From the NCBI RefSeq assembly GCF_001194135.2, contig NC_068991.1, positions 9,476,982 through 9,540,981 on the forward strand: 64,000 bases of DNA. Direction: 5' to 3'. Made by a program: the position numbers and the translations under genes. Below, piece after piece: positions 51,347-60,788 of this stretch (positions are counted from its first letter, which is position 1; each line of letters opens with the position of its first letter). The notes beneath the pieces are model-generated. The model was not told the origin of the DNA. It worked only from the letters and a program-made list of their open reading frames with translations, and ran no database searches. The DNA comes from Octopus bimaculoides. Taxonomy: Eukaryota.

Positions 51347-51828
51347 AACCATTAACATCCGTGTTCCATGCTGGCATAGTTTGGATGGTTTGACAAAGAT
51401 CCAGTGAACCAAGGACTGCATTGTACACCAGTGTCTGCTTTGGTATGGTCTGGATGCCCTTCCTAATACCTGCCAGTTTACAGTGTATACTTGGTGCTTT
51501 TTTCATGCCACCTGCACTATTGAAGTTACCATGTAGCTCAACAAACTAAGAGAAGGAATATGTTTCTTCCGTCAATTAGTTGGGTTCTTAAGGTGTGAGA
51601 GAAGAGGTCAGAGTAGAGCAGGTTTTCCGACATTCACCCTCTCTACCTCACTTCCTCTTAGCCTTATACGTATTTATCCACCCCCAGTCAGATGTTGTAG
51701 GACCCAACTTATCAAACACAGGTGCCTTCTCTATCCCTTAAGTAAATCTCCTTAACCCTTGATGATACTAACCAAGACAGCTGTCTTTCAACTCTGTCCC
51801 TTTGTTCTGCTTTTCAGGTTTACAATGA
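19117..51828 (+). CDS. CNOT4: CCR4-NOT transcription complex subunit 4 (RING E3 ubiquitin ligase), 18 coding exons, about 859 aa
   Basis: Spliced translation MSGEDQIE-CPLCMDPLEIDDKNFFPCTCGYQ-ICRFCWHRIRTDENGLCPACRK-QYPEDPAEFKPL... matches the Not4 RING. It is followed by the RRM (VVQKNLVFVVGL...SAYVTY) and CCCH finger (TTKYCSHFLKGAQCPKSDCMYLHE). All introns are GT-AG and phases are compatible; exon lengths sum to 2580 nt. Confidence 0.96.
19470..20143 (+). mobile_element. Tc1/mariner-superfamily (maT/DD37D-like) transposase remnant, internally deleted, in CNOT4 intron 1
   Basis: HTH-like NPRKSMKSIAKDLHVSEGTVRN; WPPNSPDLNPLDYYMW from 19826; C-terminal VVEAEGGFIG*; possible right end ...cttatgcacactg|TA at 20143. 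Left TIR not found. Confidence 0.8.
20588..20656 (+). CDS. CNOT4: CNOT4 exon 2, RING N-half (CPLCMDPLEIDDKNFFPCTCGYQ)
   Basis: ttttcag| acceptor and |gtaagt donor; near-identical to the metazoan Not4 RING. Confidence 0.97.
21430..21775 (-). mobile_element. SINE with family A head and RTE-type tail (similar copy at ~415-755 -)
   Basis: Head agacacttgcccaagg...cacagccac joined to ttctatggcaggatgcccttct, which matches the RTE 3'UTR. Confidence 0.65.
24460..24790 (+). mobile_element. SINE family A, diverged copy (others at ~1040-1395 +, ~6715-6945 +, ~14380-14712 +)
   Basis: Head, CORE-like and tail motifs recognisable but diverged. Confidence 0.7.
24878..25222 (-). mobile_element. SINE family A, diverged copy (another at ~27985-28332 -)
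   Basis: gtttcagccattggactgtggccatgctggagc tail and cccaaggtgccatgcagc head in reverse orientation. Confidence 0.72.
25268..25351 (-). pseudogene. Degenerate intron-containing tRNA gene, anticodon TAT (Ile-like)
   Basis: Minus strand: D arm GCTC-AGTTGAAA-GAGC; anticodon arm TCAGA-CT-TAT-G[12-nt intron]A-TCCGA; T arm GCAGG-TTCAAA-CTGC (2-nt deletion); partial acceptor stem; T-runs just downstream. Confidence 0.65.
26755..27048 (+). mobile_element. RTE LINE 3'UTR fragment (three internal repeat units), runs into N gap
   Basis: gagcgtgg...gccagtacc...actggc units plus aaaagcacccactacactc...ttaggaagggca. Confidence 0.82.
27049..27240. other. Assembly gap (others at 25453-25462, 30692-30929, 44610-44659, 52439-52448)
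   Basis: Runs of N; all lie in or next to repeats. Confidence 0.99.
27744..27957 (+). mobile_element. tRNA-derived SINE family C, full-length copy (others at ~4140-4340 -, 10125-10300 -, ~40058-40255 +, ~40998-41210 +)
   Basis: ggcggtgagctggcagaatcgttagc head, gagttcaaattcc B box, central gcctttcatcctttcggggtcgataaattaagtacc domain. Confidence 0.88.
29381..29446 (+). CDS. CNOT4: CNOT4 exon 3, RING C-half (ICRFCWHRIRTDENGLCPACRK)
   Basis: ttttacag| acceptor and |gtatgt donor; conserved sequence. Confidence 0.97.
30172..30450 (-). mobile_element. RTE LINE 3'UTR fragment
   Basis: Reverse complement of the same 3'UTR (tccgctttccatgatggcatgggttggacgg...). Confidence 0.82.
31165..31211 (+). CDS. 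CNOT4: CNOT4 exon 4 (QYPEDPAEFKPLTEDE)
   Basis: tttcag| acceptor, |gtaagt donor, ends in phase 2; YPEDP motif follows the RING in Not4. Confidence 0.95.
33914..34003 (+). CDS. CNOT4: CNOT4 exon 5, coiled coil (LHRIKKEKRQKDLQRKQKAAENRKHLANVR)
   Basis: ctgtag| acceptor and |gtaggt donor; phase 2 to phase 2; conserved ENRKHLANVR. Confidence 0.96.
35500..35647 (+). CDS. CNOT4: CNOT4 exon 6, RRM N-half (VVQKNLVFVVGLSQRLAEPDVLKKHEYFGKFGKIHKVVINQSTSYAGAQ)
   Basis: tttcag| acceptor and |gtatgt donor; RRM sequence. Confidence 0.97.
36517..36681 (+). CDS. CNOT4: CNOT4 exon 7, RRM C-half and start of CCCH finger (GPSASAYVTYNRSEDALKAI...ASLGTTKYCSHFLKGAQCPKS)
   Basis: ttgcag| acceptor and |gtaagt donor; phase 0 to phase 0. 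Confidence 0.97.
37549..37616 (+). CDS. CNOT4: CNOT4 exon 8 (DCMYLHELGEEAASFTKEEMQMG)
   Basis: Long polypyrimidine tract plus gcag| acceptor, |gtaagt donor; completes the CCCH finger. Confidence 0.96.
37812..37910 (+). CDS. CNOT4: CNOT4 exon 9 (KHQEYEQKLLEQFMNSQNLANNHVTSSKTITS)
   Basis: cttcag| acceptor and |gtaagt donor; GKHQEYE is conserved in Not4. Confidence 0.94.
38101..38316 (+). mobile_element. piggyBac-type MITE family 2 copy
   Basis: TTAA at 38097-38100 and 38317-38320; ends GGTAACAAAAGGG. Confidence 0.72.
39319..39777 (+). CDS. CNOT4: CNOT4 exon 10, Ser/Thr-rich low-complexity region
   Basis: Open frame (ORF 39227-39781) between an aagtag| acceptor and an at|gtaagt donor; phases 2/2 fit the neighbouring exons. 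Confidence 0.85.
40257..40437. repeat. Long inverted repeat: 82-bp arms, 17-nt loop
   Basis: Arms 40257-40338 and 40356-40437 pair with only 4 non-Watson-Crick positions. Confidence 0.95.
40691..40968 (+). CDS. CNOT4: CNOT4 exon 11 (VENYSNGSIDSPNIRV...NADSLSFFSGNGFSSG...QHSTG)
   Basis: ctacag| acceptor, open frame, g|gtgagg donor giving the phase 1 required by exon 12. Confidence 0.8.
41769..41965 (+). mobile_element. piggyBac-type MITE family 2 (~200 bp)
   Basis: CCCTTTTGTTAC...GGTATCAAAAGGG|TTAA; left TSD reads TTCA. Confidence 0.75.
42142..42264 (+). CDS. CNOT4: CNOT4 exon 12 (IPESLPSLEIPDTIPVTSATDWQAAFGFAPKSVDYQDDDLG)
   Basis: aacag| acceptor and |gtaaga donor; TIPV..TDWQAAFGF and DDDLG are conserved metazoan Not4 motifs. 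Confidence 0.93.
42430..42837 (+). CDS. CNOT4: CNOT4 exon 13: CAF40-binding motif (GFDPWNESSKALADLMEKE), His/Pro-rich tract, Q21
   Basis: ttttcag| acceptor and g|gtctgt donor; DDDLGFDP..KALADLMEKE matches the known Not4 CAF40-binding motif. Confidence 0.92.
43059..43285 (+). mobile_element. RTE LINE 3'UTR fragment, young copy
   Basis: Near-consensus with CpGs intact; ends gcggacgttaaacgatgatgatgat. Confidence 0.85.
43385..43790 (+). mobile_element. tRNA-derived SINE family A, full-length young copy
   Basis: A box tggctgtgtggtaag, B box ggttcagtccc, CORE-like caccttgggcaagtgtctt, internal (TA/TG)n, tail gactgaaacaagtaaaagagtaaaagag. Confidence 0.9.
44356..44907 (+). mobile_element. 5'-truncated RTE-clade LINE: ORF C-terminus, 3'UTR and (GAT)n tail
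   Basis: 44356-44505 reads EGTRGRGRPRKTWAEVVRQDLRTLGLTEAMTTDRDLWKWAVREKTRQAK*, the typical RTE C-terminus. It is followed by a repeat-containing 3'UTR ending gcggacgttaaac(gat)n. Confidence 0.88.
45428..45626. repeat. Tandem duplication of a ~100 bp unit (2 copies)
   Basis: tagctc...ccccctcccctttaattctgtcacattaccttgagtgaatgtactcgtcttagagctttgagtac...acaatgtact occurs twice in a row. Confidence 0.92.
46250..46389 (+). CDS. CNOT4: CNOT4 exon 14 (EFNSGKVVEYIYNQPKLPQQPVQ...LMQNSSQ)
   Basis: Strong polypyrimidine tract plus gtag| acceptor, |gtaagt donor; open frame, phase 1 in and phase 0 out. Confidence 0.82.
47397..47565 (+). CDS. CNOT4: CNOT4 exon 15 (HDGFHLKDLQDGLRALLPNINISFGASPSQPPPP...)
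   Basis: tctcag| acceptor and |gtaagt donor; QDGLRALLPNINISFG is a conserved Not4 C-terminal block. Confidence 0.92.
48380..48860 (+). mobile_element. Highly degraded RTE reverse-transcriptase fragment
   Basis: MKMGVDEWLIG resembles RTE RT 'KLGVxEWLV'; many stops. Confidence 0.3.
49734..49850 (+). CDS. CNOT4: CNOT4 exon 16 (SNFSHMPDNPHWMKSIQQLTEFDSQGHTHRPFVQHFPVRG)
   Basis: tttacag| acceptor and |gtcagt donor; WMKSIQQLTE resembles the vertebrate WLKSLQALTE block. Confidence 0.87.
50160..50258 (+). CDS. CNOT4: CNOT4 exon 17 (GTGWVPQTHNPPPGFHTQIRPPTQTTEPHKMTEG)
   Basis: ttgcag| acceptor and g|gtaaac donor; open frame with a PPPGF motif. Confidence 0.83.
51818..51828 (+). CDS. CNOT4: CNOT4 probable terminal coding exon portion (GLQ*), followed by 3'UTR
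   Basis: TACTAAC branch point at 51766-51772, long pyrimidine tract, ttttcag| acceptor; phase 1 gives GT TTA CAA TGA. Confidence 0.62.
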
Positions 51829-52393
51829 GAGACTTTGTTGCCGGACCTTACTACATACCCAGTGTGCTTTCTGCCTGTTTTCTTTGTTAAAGATGCAATC
51901 TTAGCAGTTTCTACTTCACACACAGATGCCACACCCATCAGCCAGAGGGGGATTGCTCTCATCCTCCACTCTCAACTTTCTTCAGTTTAACAAGGAAATT
52001 GGAATATTTTAAACATTGGTTTGAATTCCACTCAAGTATATATACTATAATTTTTTTTTTTTTTGTTTTGGGGTTTTCTCAATCAGATTATATCTCTCTC
52101 TCCCTCTCTCAATCTTTGTTTCTTTCTTTATCTCTTTCCTTCTCTCTCTCTTTCTCTATATATAAATATATGACTAATTAAAAATTTTATTGAAATATTT
52201 TTTTCTAGAATTTGGTAATTTGAAAAAAAAAATAAATAACAGCGAGGCTGTCTTGTTCTTGAATTACTCTCTTGCTATCTCTCTCTATCTCTCTTTAGCT
52301 CTGTCTCTGTAATCCTCTCTCTCTTTATCACCTTAGCTCTAACTCTCTCTGTAGTTCTTGCTGCCTCTGTGTAGCTCTCTGTCTCACACACAC

Positions 52394-52438
<45 letters not shown>

Positions 52439-52451
52439 NNNNNNNNNNTCT

Positions 52452-52505
<54 letters not shown>

Positions 52506-53480
52506 TTCCCCACTTTATATATAGTTTTCTGTCAGCTCTCTAACTTCTCTCTGTATAGTCCTGTCTCTATAGCTCTCTTTTGCTGGCTCTCTCTCTCTTT
52601 CTCTCTCTCAATATGTGGCATCTCTGTTGGATGAAATAACTGTAGCCAGATAGTGGTGGACCACACAGTCGTATCACACATACAACACACGCACATAGAC
52701 ATACATAAAGAACGCACACACATACACAACAAGCAGTGACCTCATCTCCATCTGACCATTAAACAACAACCTGTCTCTTTACTCCACCTGCACCAGCCCT
52801 CTCTACTCCACAAAGTGCATTTTTGTGGTGGTTGTTGTTTTTTTTCCCCCGTTCCTCACTTTTTTCTTAAAAGCAAAGCAAAATAAAACCAAAAAACTCT
52901 GAATCCAACAAATGTTGGCCCAAATCTGAGACTATTCTTTATTTTTTGCCTCTTTGTTCAACCCAGTTTTTACTGGGCAAATCCACCATCCTTCTGTTGT
53001 TTCTAATATCTCCTTCCCCTTCCCCCAAAGCCCTGCTCCCCCCCCCCTTCCTTCCCTTATTGAACATTTGGAATTGGGATTCAAACTAGGCCATTGGCTT
53101 AACTGTTCTGTTCAGCTGCCCTCCGGTTGACATGGTTCTGGTGATTTCTGGTCATAACCACGTCTCCTTGGCAGTTTCCTTAGACAAAATAAGTCTAGTT
53201 GTTGAAAAAAAAAAAATAAATAATAAAAAATAAAATAAAAGATTTCTCACAACTGAATTCAGACTTCTTTTCCCAGTTTTCCTTTGTATTTATTCCTTTT
53301 TTTTTCTTCCTAAATTCAGTTTTAAACAAAAATACAGCCTTTTCTTTATTTTAATGGATTCAGCTTATATATTATTCCATTGGGTGTTTTGAATATTTCA
53401 TTTATTAATTAGCAAATATCTATCTAAAATGCAGGGTCAAGTAAATTTAAAGTCTTTTTGGGAAGGGTCATAAGTGGAGA

Positions 53481-53512
53481 TATGTATATATGTAAATATA
53501 TATATATGTATG

Positions 53513-53549
<37 letters not shown>

Positions 53550-53595
53550 GTATATATATGTATATGTATGTATATGTATATATATGTATGTATAA
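53481..53595. repeat. (TA/TATG)n microsatellite downstream of the CNOT4 stop
   Basis: Directly visible. Other arrays: (TA)n at ~2152, 15398, 15764, 30547, 31080, 52395-52500, 60345; (GA)n at 25425; (CA)n at 51313; (AAT)n at 46163 and 63391. Confidence 0.9.
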
Positions 53596-55968
53596 TGTGT
53601 ACATTTGTAAACAGTTACTCAAAAGTAAATATTGCAACAGGTTCCCAGATGTTTACATATGTGCACAGATTCAATATTGTTTGCATACAAAAATAATCTT
53701 AACTCAATCAAGGGTGGGAGTCAGTTACGTTGAAATTTGGTTTGATATATCTGTTCATTGTTGAATCGCTGTAAAATCCTGGTGTAGGTTTGATCTGACT
53801 GTGTGGTCTAGCTCACTTTACTCTATTATGCTTTAAAAACTGGCAAGTTTCCACACTCAGTGGAAGTTGAAGATTAGTCATTTGAAGAAATAAAATACAT
53901 TTACAGGAGAAATGGGAAGTTAACTAATGATAATAATTAATAACAATAATAATATAATATTATATAATATATTGGTATCTACAAAAAAAACATTTGTTAA
54001 AATATTAAGATGGAGAGCAAAACAACACAACCACAACAATATTAAAAGGAATGAAAAACAATTACTTCTCATTTATTTTTTATTTTTTTTAATTTTTTTT
54101 TTCTCTCCTCCCCAATTTAAATTTGACCCAAAATTCTGAGGTTTTGTTGGTCCTGGTAAGACCTGAATTTCTGTCAAAGCTGCCTAGCTACAAGGAGTTC
54201 TTTTTTTGGCTGTGTTGTGTGCATGGATGAAGATAAATTTATATGCTGGACACTTGCTGGCTGAATGGACAATAGCAGCTGTTGCCACAGCAACACTTGT
54301 TGGTGGGGAATCCATGGTGCAGTGCCTCATAGCAGTTAGCCAGGAGGCGTTGTGATTGACCGAAGCAAAAATGATTCCGTATTTCTAACTATGTTGGTGG
54401 TATGGCTGAAGTGATCTATCATTAATAAAGAAGCCATAAACAGTTAATAACGACTTGTTGTTTATCTTTCACTTCACTTCTTTCATTTTGATTAAAAAGG
54501 AAAAAAAAACAAAAAAATATCATATTCTCATGTTAACTAATTAATTAATTTCTTTTTAGAGGAGTGGGAGTGAGACTTGTGTCTGTCCTGTATATAATTG
54601 GTATTTAACTTACTGATCCCTTTTATGGGACATCAGCATTAGTGCCTTTTAGGTGCTGTGTAAAAGGTGCCGGTGCCACATAAAAAAGCATGCAGTATAC
54701 TCTGTAGAGTGGTTGGTGTTAGGAAGGGCATTCAGCCATTGAAACTAAGCTAAAACAGACTAGGGAACCTGTGCGGCCCCTGGCCTTGCCAGTATCTGTT
54801 CAAGCTGTCCAACCCATGCCAACATGGAAAGCAGATGTTAAATGAGGATGATGATGACCTCAAGAGGGTTGATTGATGAAAGGCAGTAAATCTTGTGAGA
54901 TTTGAACTCTTTTGAAACAAACAAAAGTGAACTCAATGCCCTGGTGGAGCATTTAGTCGACTGTTCTGTTTCATTTTATTCTTTTGCTTGCCTCAGTCAC
55001 TGGACAGAGGCCATGATGAGGTGACACCTTCAAAGTTATTGTACAGATTGAGGATAACAAATCCAGTTACTTTGCATGGATATAAAATAGATGTACAAGA
55101 TTTAATACATTCAATACACATTTAAATATGAAACTGAGATAGAGAAATGATGATGTATTGTCATTTTAGTCAATGTGATCTTTTATCGGACATTTTCTTA
55201 AAAGAGGAAAGACAGAGTTGACTCAGATATTGTGCAAGAAGTGAGCTTTCTTGAGGCGGTTTCATTTACTGGGAGATATTTCACTTCAATTATACTGCTT
55301 TTGCAGTTACAAAAGGAATTATAGAGCTGTGACTCAGCCAGCTGTAGCTATGGCAACAGATCACAGAAAATAATGATGCCAAGTAAAATCTGATGCAGGA
55401 TAAAGAAGATAGTAGAATCATTGTAGGCAACCGTTCTAGTGCTGGTTTGTATGATGAAATGCAACCAGCCTATGCTGTAATGTGATTGATAATAGAAATG
55501 GCATCCAACTGTTAATACTATGTAAAAAAATTAAAAAAATTGCATGTAATTAAAGTTGTCAGATGGGTGTAAAACTGATATTGGTTGATTACATTCAGCT
55601 TGATATGAATTTGTGGTTGTTAAAAAGTCTGTTAAAGATTATTTTTAATATTCACACAGATTATCTATTTTAAAAATAAATTCAGTGAATCGTTTTATGA
55701 TAGAATTTTATTTCAGCTATGGCACGATTCTTTAGTGGGAGGATCCAGATCTGTTCCACACAAGTTTTAGGCTTAACTAGTAATTTATAACCGCAAAATA
55801 ATAGACTTCAATAGTTCTTTTCCAGTTTTTGTTTGCAAGATTAATTATCCTCTCTCTTCAGATCATCGACAAATAATAATCACTATAAGAATTCAAAACT
55901 GTGTGTGTCTATGTATTATATAAACTGTTTTATCAGATACCATACAACATAAATTCCTGATTTATTAA

Positions 55969-56176
55969 CCCTTTTGTTACTAACCTGGCTGAAGCCATCT
56001 CTGAGTGCAAATGTCTTTTCAAAAGTTTAGAATTAAAATCTTCCACCAAGCCTTGGTCACAAATTATGTTCCTAACACTAGTAGAATAACTAAGTGATTT
56101 TACTAAATTCTTTGTTATATTTAAAGTAATTGAAAGAAACGCAGAACTTCTCAAAATAAATACAGTAACGAAAGGA
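55969..56176 (-). mobile_element. piggyBac-type MITE family 2 copy
   Basis: TTAA|CCCTTTTGTTACTAACC...GTAACGAAAGGA|TTAA; internal sequence is the reverse complement of 41769-41965. Confidence 0.75.
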
Positions 56177-58687
56177 TTAATTATCTCCACCTCCAGAGGA
56201 TATTAATTGCCAACCGTCAAGACCAGCTCCATATGAGGAAGGGAGATAATCTATCAATTCTGTAAAGTTGACATTCCATTAAGGAAAAAGACTGGCTTAT
56301 GATCTTGTCACGAAGACAGTTGTGGACATGTTTCTGGCTCAATAGGTGTCATGAGCACAATTGTCCAGCAATATCTCTAATATTCAAGGGTATTAAACTT
56401 ACGCAAATAGTAGTTCCCATTTACGGCGTAAGGAATTTGCATAATTTAAGCAATAATGATCTAAGAGAAATAACTCAGGGTGGCTTGATATTAATTTCTT
56501 GGTAATCTCTCGTCTCCATGAAAGACTATTCAGCAATTTCATGCGAACATCCTGCACAGACAGTTCGTTTATAGTGATCAACTGTTTGTGTTGCCCATAA
56601 GCGCACTTCCTCCATCAAACCCACATTACCTGTACAGGTACACTGTGTGTGTGTGTGTCACACATCAGATGTCGAAGAGTTTGCAGAGTAAAAGTGAAAT
56701 GAAGTATTTTGCTCAAGAACACGATGTCCGCTGCGGGAACCAATAAGTAACTTTTTAATACTCCGTGTATTAAACGTTTTAATACGCACTTTTTTTTTCT
56801 CTTTCTCTCTCCTTCGGGTGATATCTTTGAGTTTGTTATTTTCTAAATATTCTTATATTCATATCCTGCTAAACTTAATTTTGTTTGTGATTCTTTTTCT
56901 AATTATTTGAACAAGTTTGGTGAAGGCAGTGGTTTACTATTTGAAGTCAGGATAAGCTAAACGCGTCCAGAGTTGTTCCCCCTAGCCAAGTATTTGTTGG
57001 TAAAATGGAAATCCGATTGACGATTACGTCTTTTGTCTTGTTTTAATTTCCACCTCGCATAATTATTTCCAGTCAAATTTCTCTTAAATTATACGTTACT
57101 TTCCTAAAAAGGAAACGGCACATTGGATAATGTAATCTTAAATTCACACTGCTCGAGACGAAGAGGAGGTAGCTATGGTTAGAATGGCTTTAGTTGTAAG
57201 TCTGTGAGATTATAGTTCTCAACTGTTTTCCTCTGTAAAATACTGTGTGGCAAAAATTAAAAAACACGAGTCAACGAAGAGCCGTCTCTCCACACGGGAA
57301 ATCGACCTGCTAAAAACAGCAGCTATATCTCTATCAAATCCCACGTCATTCTATTTTTAAAAGAGTGCATTGGATAGTGTGTGTATACCTTACATACACA
57401 TAAATATTTATGTGTGTGCGTGTGTGTACAGATGCACATATATGTATATATATGCATATATGTCTGTGCGTGTATGACTGTGTATAGAGGCAGTTTAAGA
57501 TAAAATAACGAAATCGATATAAATAGACATTCGTTGGATTGTTTTCTTTGTACCTGAAATATAAAGTATTCTTTTTAAAATTTTCTGCATCGCTAAAAGC
57601 TTTATTTTCCTTTTCTTTCTTTCTCACATATACACACACATGCATATATATGCGTATATATGGACACACATAGAGAGTGGCCCAAAAGTAGCCTTATAGT
57701 TATTCAACTCTCTCTTTCGCATTCATATATTAAGTTTAGATCTTAATTATAAAAAGGAAAATATGAAACTATTATTTTATGCTAATTTAGTTAATTGTAA
57801 GATAGAAATTTGAATGTTACAAAACGTTTTAAAAGAATTTTAAAGTGCCTACGTTATAGCTGTAAACCTACGCTTGGGCCACCCCGCACTCCTTTTATTC
57901 CTTTCTGTTGAAGAACGTAGGTTCGAAAGGTAAAAGACTTTCATTTTCCTGAGCGCCAAACTAATACTCCCCCTTGGTGTCTATACACCTATCTTCGTCT
58001 TTTTGTTTTGCAATAAACTTCTTTGCGCCTATTGTATGTCTCCATTAAATAAAAAGAAAACGAAAGCGAGGTAAAAAAAAGCACAACCTGCAGAAATGCA
58101 TTCTTTACTGCGATTGTGTGTGCTTAAGCTTAAACCCAAAGCTCTTAGAAAACTGGCCACAAAAAACACGCACACGCGCGCGCACACACACACACACTTA
58201 TTCTGTGAAGATACACCTTTATATTTTTGTTTTCCAGGCATATAGATACATAAAGTGAAACTATTCTCCCCCTAATGTTAAAAAGTTCAGACCCTTTTTT
58301 TAGTAACAGACAAAAAGTACACACACACACACATAAATTAAAATTTCGGCGCATTTTCAATCTTTTTCTCAGTATTTTTCCTACACACACGCGCGCACAT
58401 TATTTTGCTTAGGCACAACGATACGATCGATCTGTTGTTAAAACTCAATATAGATACGCTTCAGAATAAAGCGTTAGACGAGGAAAGAGCATGATATGAA
58501 ATTAAGTAAATGACAAAGGGACTGGAAATTGTGCAATGAATTTCATTAGCTTACAACTGTTTCTGCTGCAGATGGAGTGCACTCAGAGCACCTTATAACT
58601 TCTTTGGACTTCTAAAATGATGTGCATTTTTATTTTGGAAGGACCGGCGGAAATTGTGCTTTCGGTATTCGGGGATCACATCCTTTG

Positions 58688-58920
58688 ATCATCCTCGTCG
58701 TCATCGTCGTCGCCGCCGCTGTCATCATAATTATCGTCATCATCACCATAATTGTCATCATCGTCGTCGCCATCATCATCGTTATCATTATCATCATCAT
58801 CATCATCATCTCGTTGTCATTGTCGTTGTCCTCCTCCTCCTCCTCACTATCATTATTGTCATCATCATCATCGTCATTATAGTCATCATCGTCATCGTCA
58901 TCAACATCGCCATCATCTTT
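58688..58920. repeat. Degenerate (CAT/CGT)n trinucleotide microsatellite
   Basis: Directly visible; produces the spurious poly-H/I/S ORFs in the track. Confidence 0.9.
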
Positions 58921-59579
58921 ATGGGAACTTTAAATGTCTCGATAAATCATTATCATTGACGCTAGCATTGAAGCATATATTTTCGAAATAGCATGGAAGA
59001 AAAAAAAAAAAGAGAAAAGAAAAAAACCTTCCCGCCAAACACGACAATTAATGAACTCAAATTTTGCTACATCGACCGGAGAGGAAGAAATCATTCCAAT
59101 ATCTTGGCACATTCTTTAGAGAAAGTATATTCGTGTATCAACACGACATACTGTCTGAGACCACCACAAAGCAAATATCAGCTATAAAACAATTTCAACC
59201 GCAGAGGAAAAGAATATTCGGCGACAACAGCAACAACTATAACAATAATTTACAGATATATTAGTATCTGTATACATCACACACACACACACGCATACGC
59301 ATGTATGCGCACATACATACATACACATACATGCATGTACGCATACATACGTACATACATATATGATGACACCTTGGGCAAGTATCTTTTGCTATAGCCT
59401 GGGACCGACCTGCTATAGCCTCGGCAAGTGTCTTCTGCTATAGCCTCGGACCGACCAAAGCTAACTTTGATAGTTTGCATAAAATGAAAAGAAAATACAA
59501 TATCCCACCACAAAATAAAAGTATTTTAAAGAAAAAAAACAACAAGATGTTAACTAGCTTATGGTCGGGGGATAACCGT

Positions 59580-59880
59580 TTAATTAAAGTAGCCGCCCTC
59601 AGCTTCCGTCACTATCTCAAGACAGCTCCTGAACCTGGCGCATGGGTTCTCACCGTGTTTCTGAGAAGATCGAATACTTGCTTGATCTTGGCCACCAGCT
59701 CGGCGTTGGTGTTGCAGACAGAGCGGTTGGAGTCTTTTTACACCACCACGCCTCACACAAAGTAATCCATGGGAATACAATTGGGTGAATTAGGAGGCCA
59801 GAAATTGGAAACTGGTGAAGTCGGAGAAATTCTCCGACAACCACTTCTGTTTCCCGCTTTGATGCAAGACCAGCGATTTT
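59580..59880 (-). mobile_element. Second maT-like transposase C-terminal remnant (different subfamily)
   Basis: Minus strand reads WLSENFSDFTSFQFWPPNSPNCIPMDYFV* (W at 59800) and, after frameshifts, CARFRSCLEIVTEAEGGYFN*. Confidence 0.75.
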
Positions 59881-60365
59881 GAGCAGAGGCGAAAGTTGAT
59901 TACGTCAACTTCAATACTCAAATGGAACTTATTTTATTGATCCCGAAAGAATGAAAGGCCAAGTAAGCCTCAACGAAATTTTGATAATGATATATTATAG
60001 TGACATAATATTATGATGTAAGCACTTCGAAGTCAATCGTCAGCGCAAATTTACCAACTTAAATCGGTTAAGTATTTACATGACGTTCTGTGCCGCACGC
60101 GTGACACACACACATACACGCACTCACAATCAGAAATAGATAGATAGAGAGAAAGAGAACAGGTTTGTTCTATCAACAAAACATTTAAAACTTTTACGTC
60201 GTGATGCTTAAGAGAGCGAAACGATTGGCCTCTGTCTACGACGGTCATTGAAACCAACTCGCCTCCGTGTACGCACACATACGTGATTATAAATTAGTAG
60301 CTACTCTAGATAAGTGCATATAATGCGCAACATACATACATACATATATGTATGTATATATATAT

Positions 60366-60399
<34 letters not shown>

Positions 60400-60400
60400 A

Positions 60401-60788
60401 TTCTTTTATTTGTTTCAGTCATTTGACTGCGGCCATGCTGGAGCACCGCCTTTAGTCGAGCAAGTCGACCTCAGGACTTATTCTTTGTAAGTCTAGTACT
60501 TGTTCTATCGGTGTCTTTTGTCGAACTGCTAGTTACGGCGTCGTAAACACACCAGCATCGGTTGTCAAGCGATGTTGGGAGGATACACACACACACACAC
60601 ACACATATATATACATACATATACATATATCCAACGGGCTTCTTTCAGTTTCCGTCTACCAAATCCACTCGCAAGGCTTTGGTCAGCCCGAGGCTATAGT
60701 CGAAGACACTTGCCCAAGGTGCCACGCAGTGGGACTGAACCCGGAACCATGTGGTTGGTAAGCAAGCTACTTACCACACAGTCACTCC
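60401..60788 (-). mobile_element. SINE family A copy
   Basis: Reverse complement of 43385-43790. Confidence 0.9.

Noticed and set aside
52381-52500. Direct repeat tctcacacacacatatatat on both sides of a 10-N gap
   Set aside because: Most likely overlapping contig ends at a microsatellite (assembly artefact).
56200-56580. Short ORFs on both strands, possibly a transposon or Penelope endonuclease fragment
   Set aside because: No motif I could match with confidence.
58622-58991. Overlapping ORFs rich in H, I, S, R and V
   Set aside because: Translations of a degenerate (CAT/CGT)n microsatellite; no splice or domain support.
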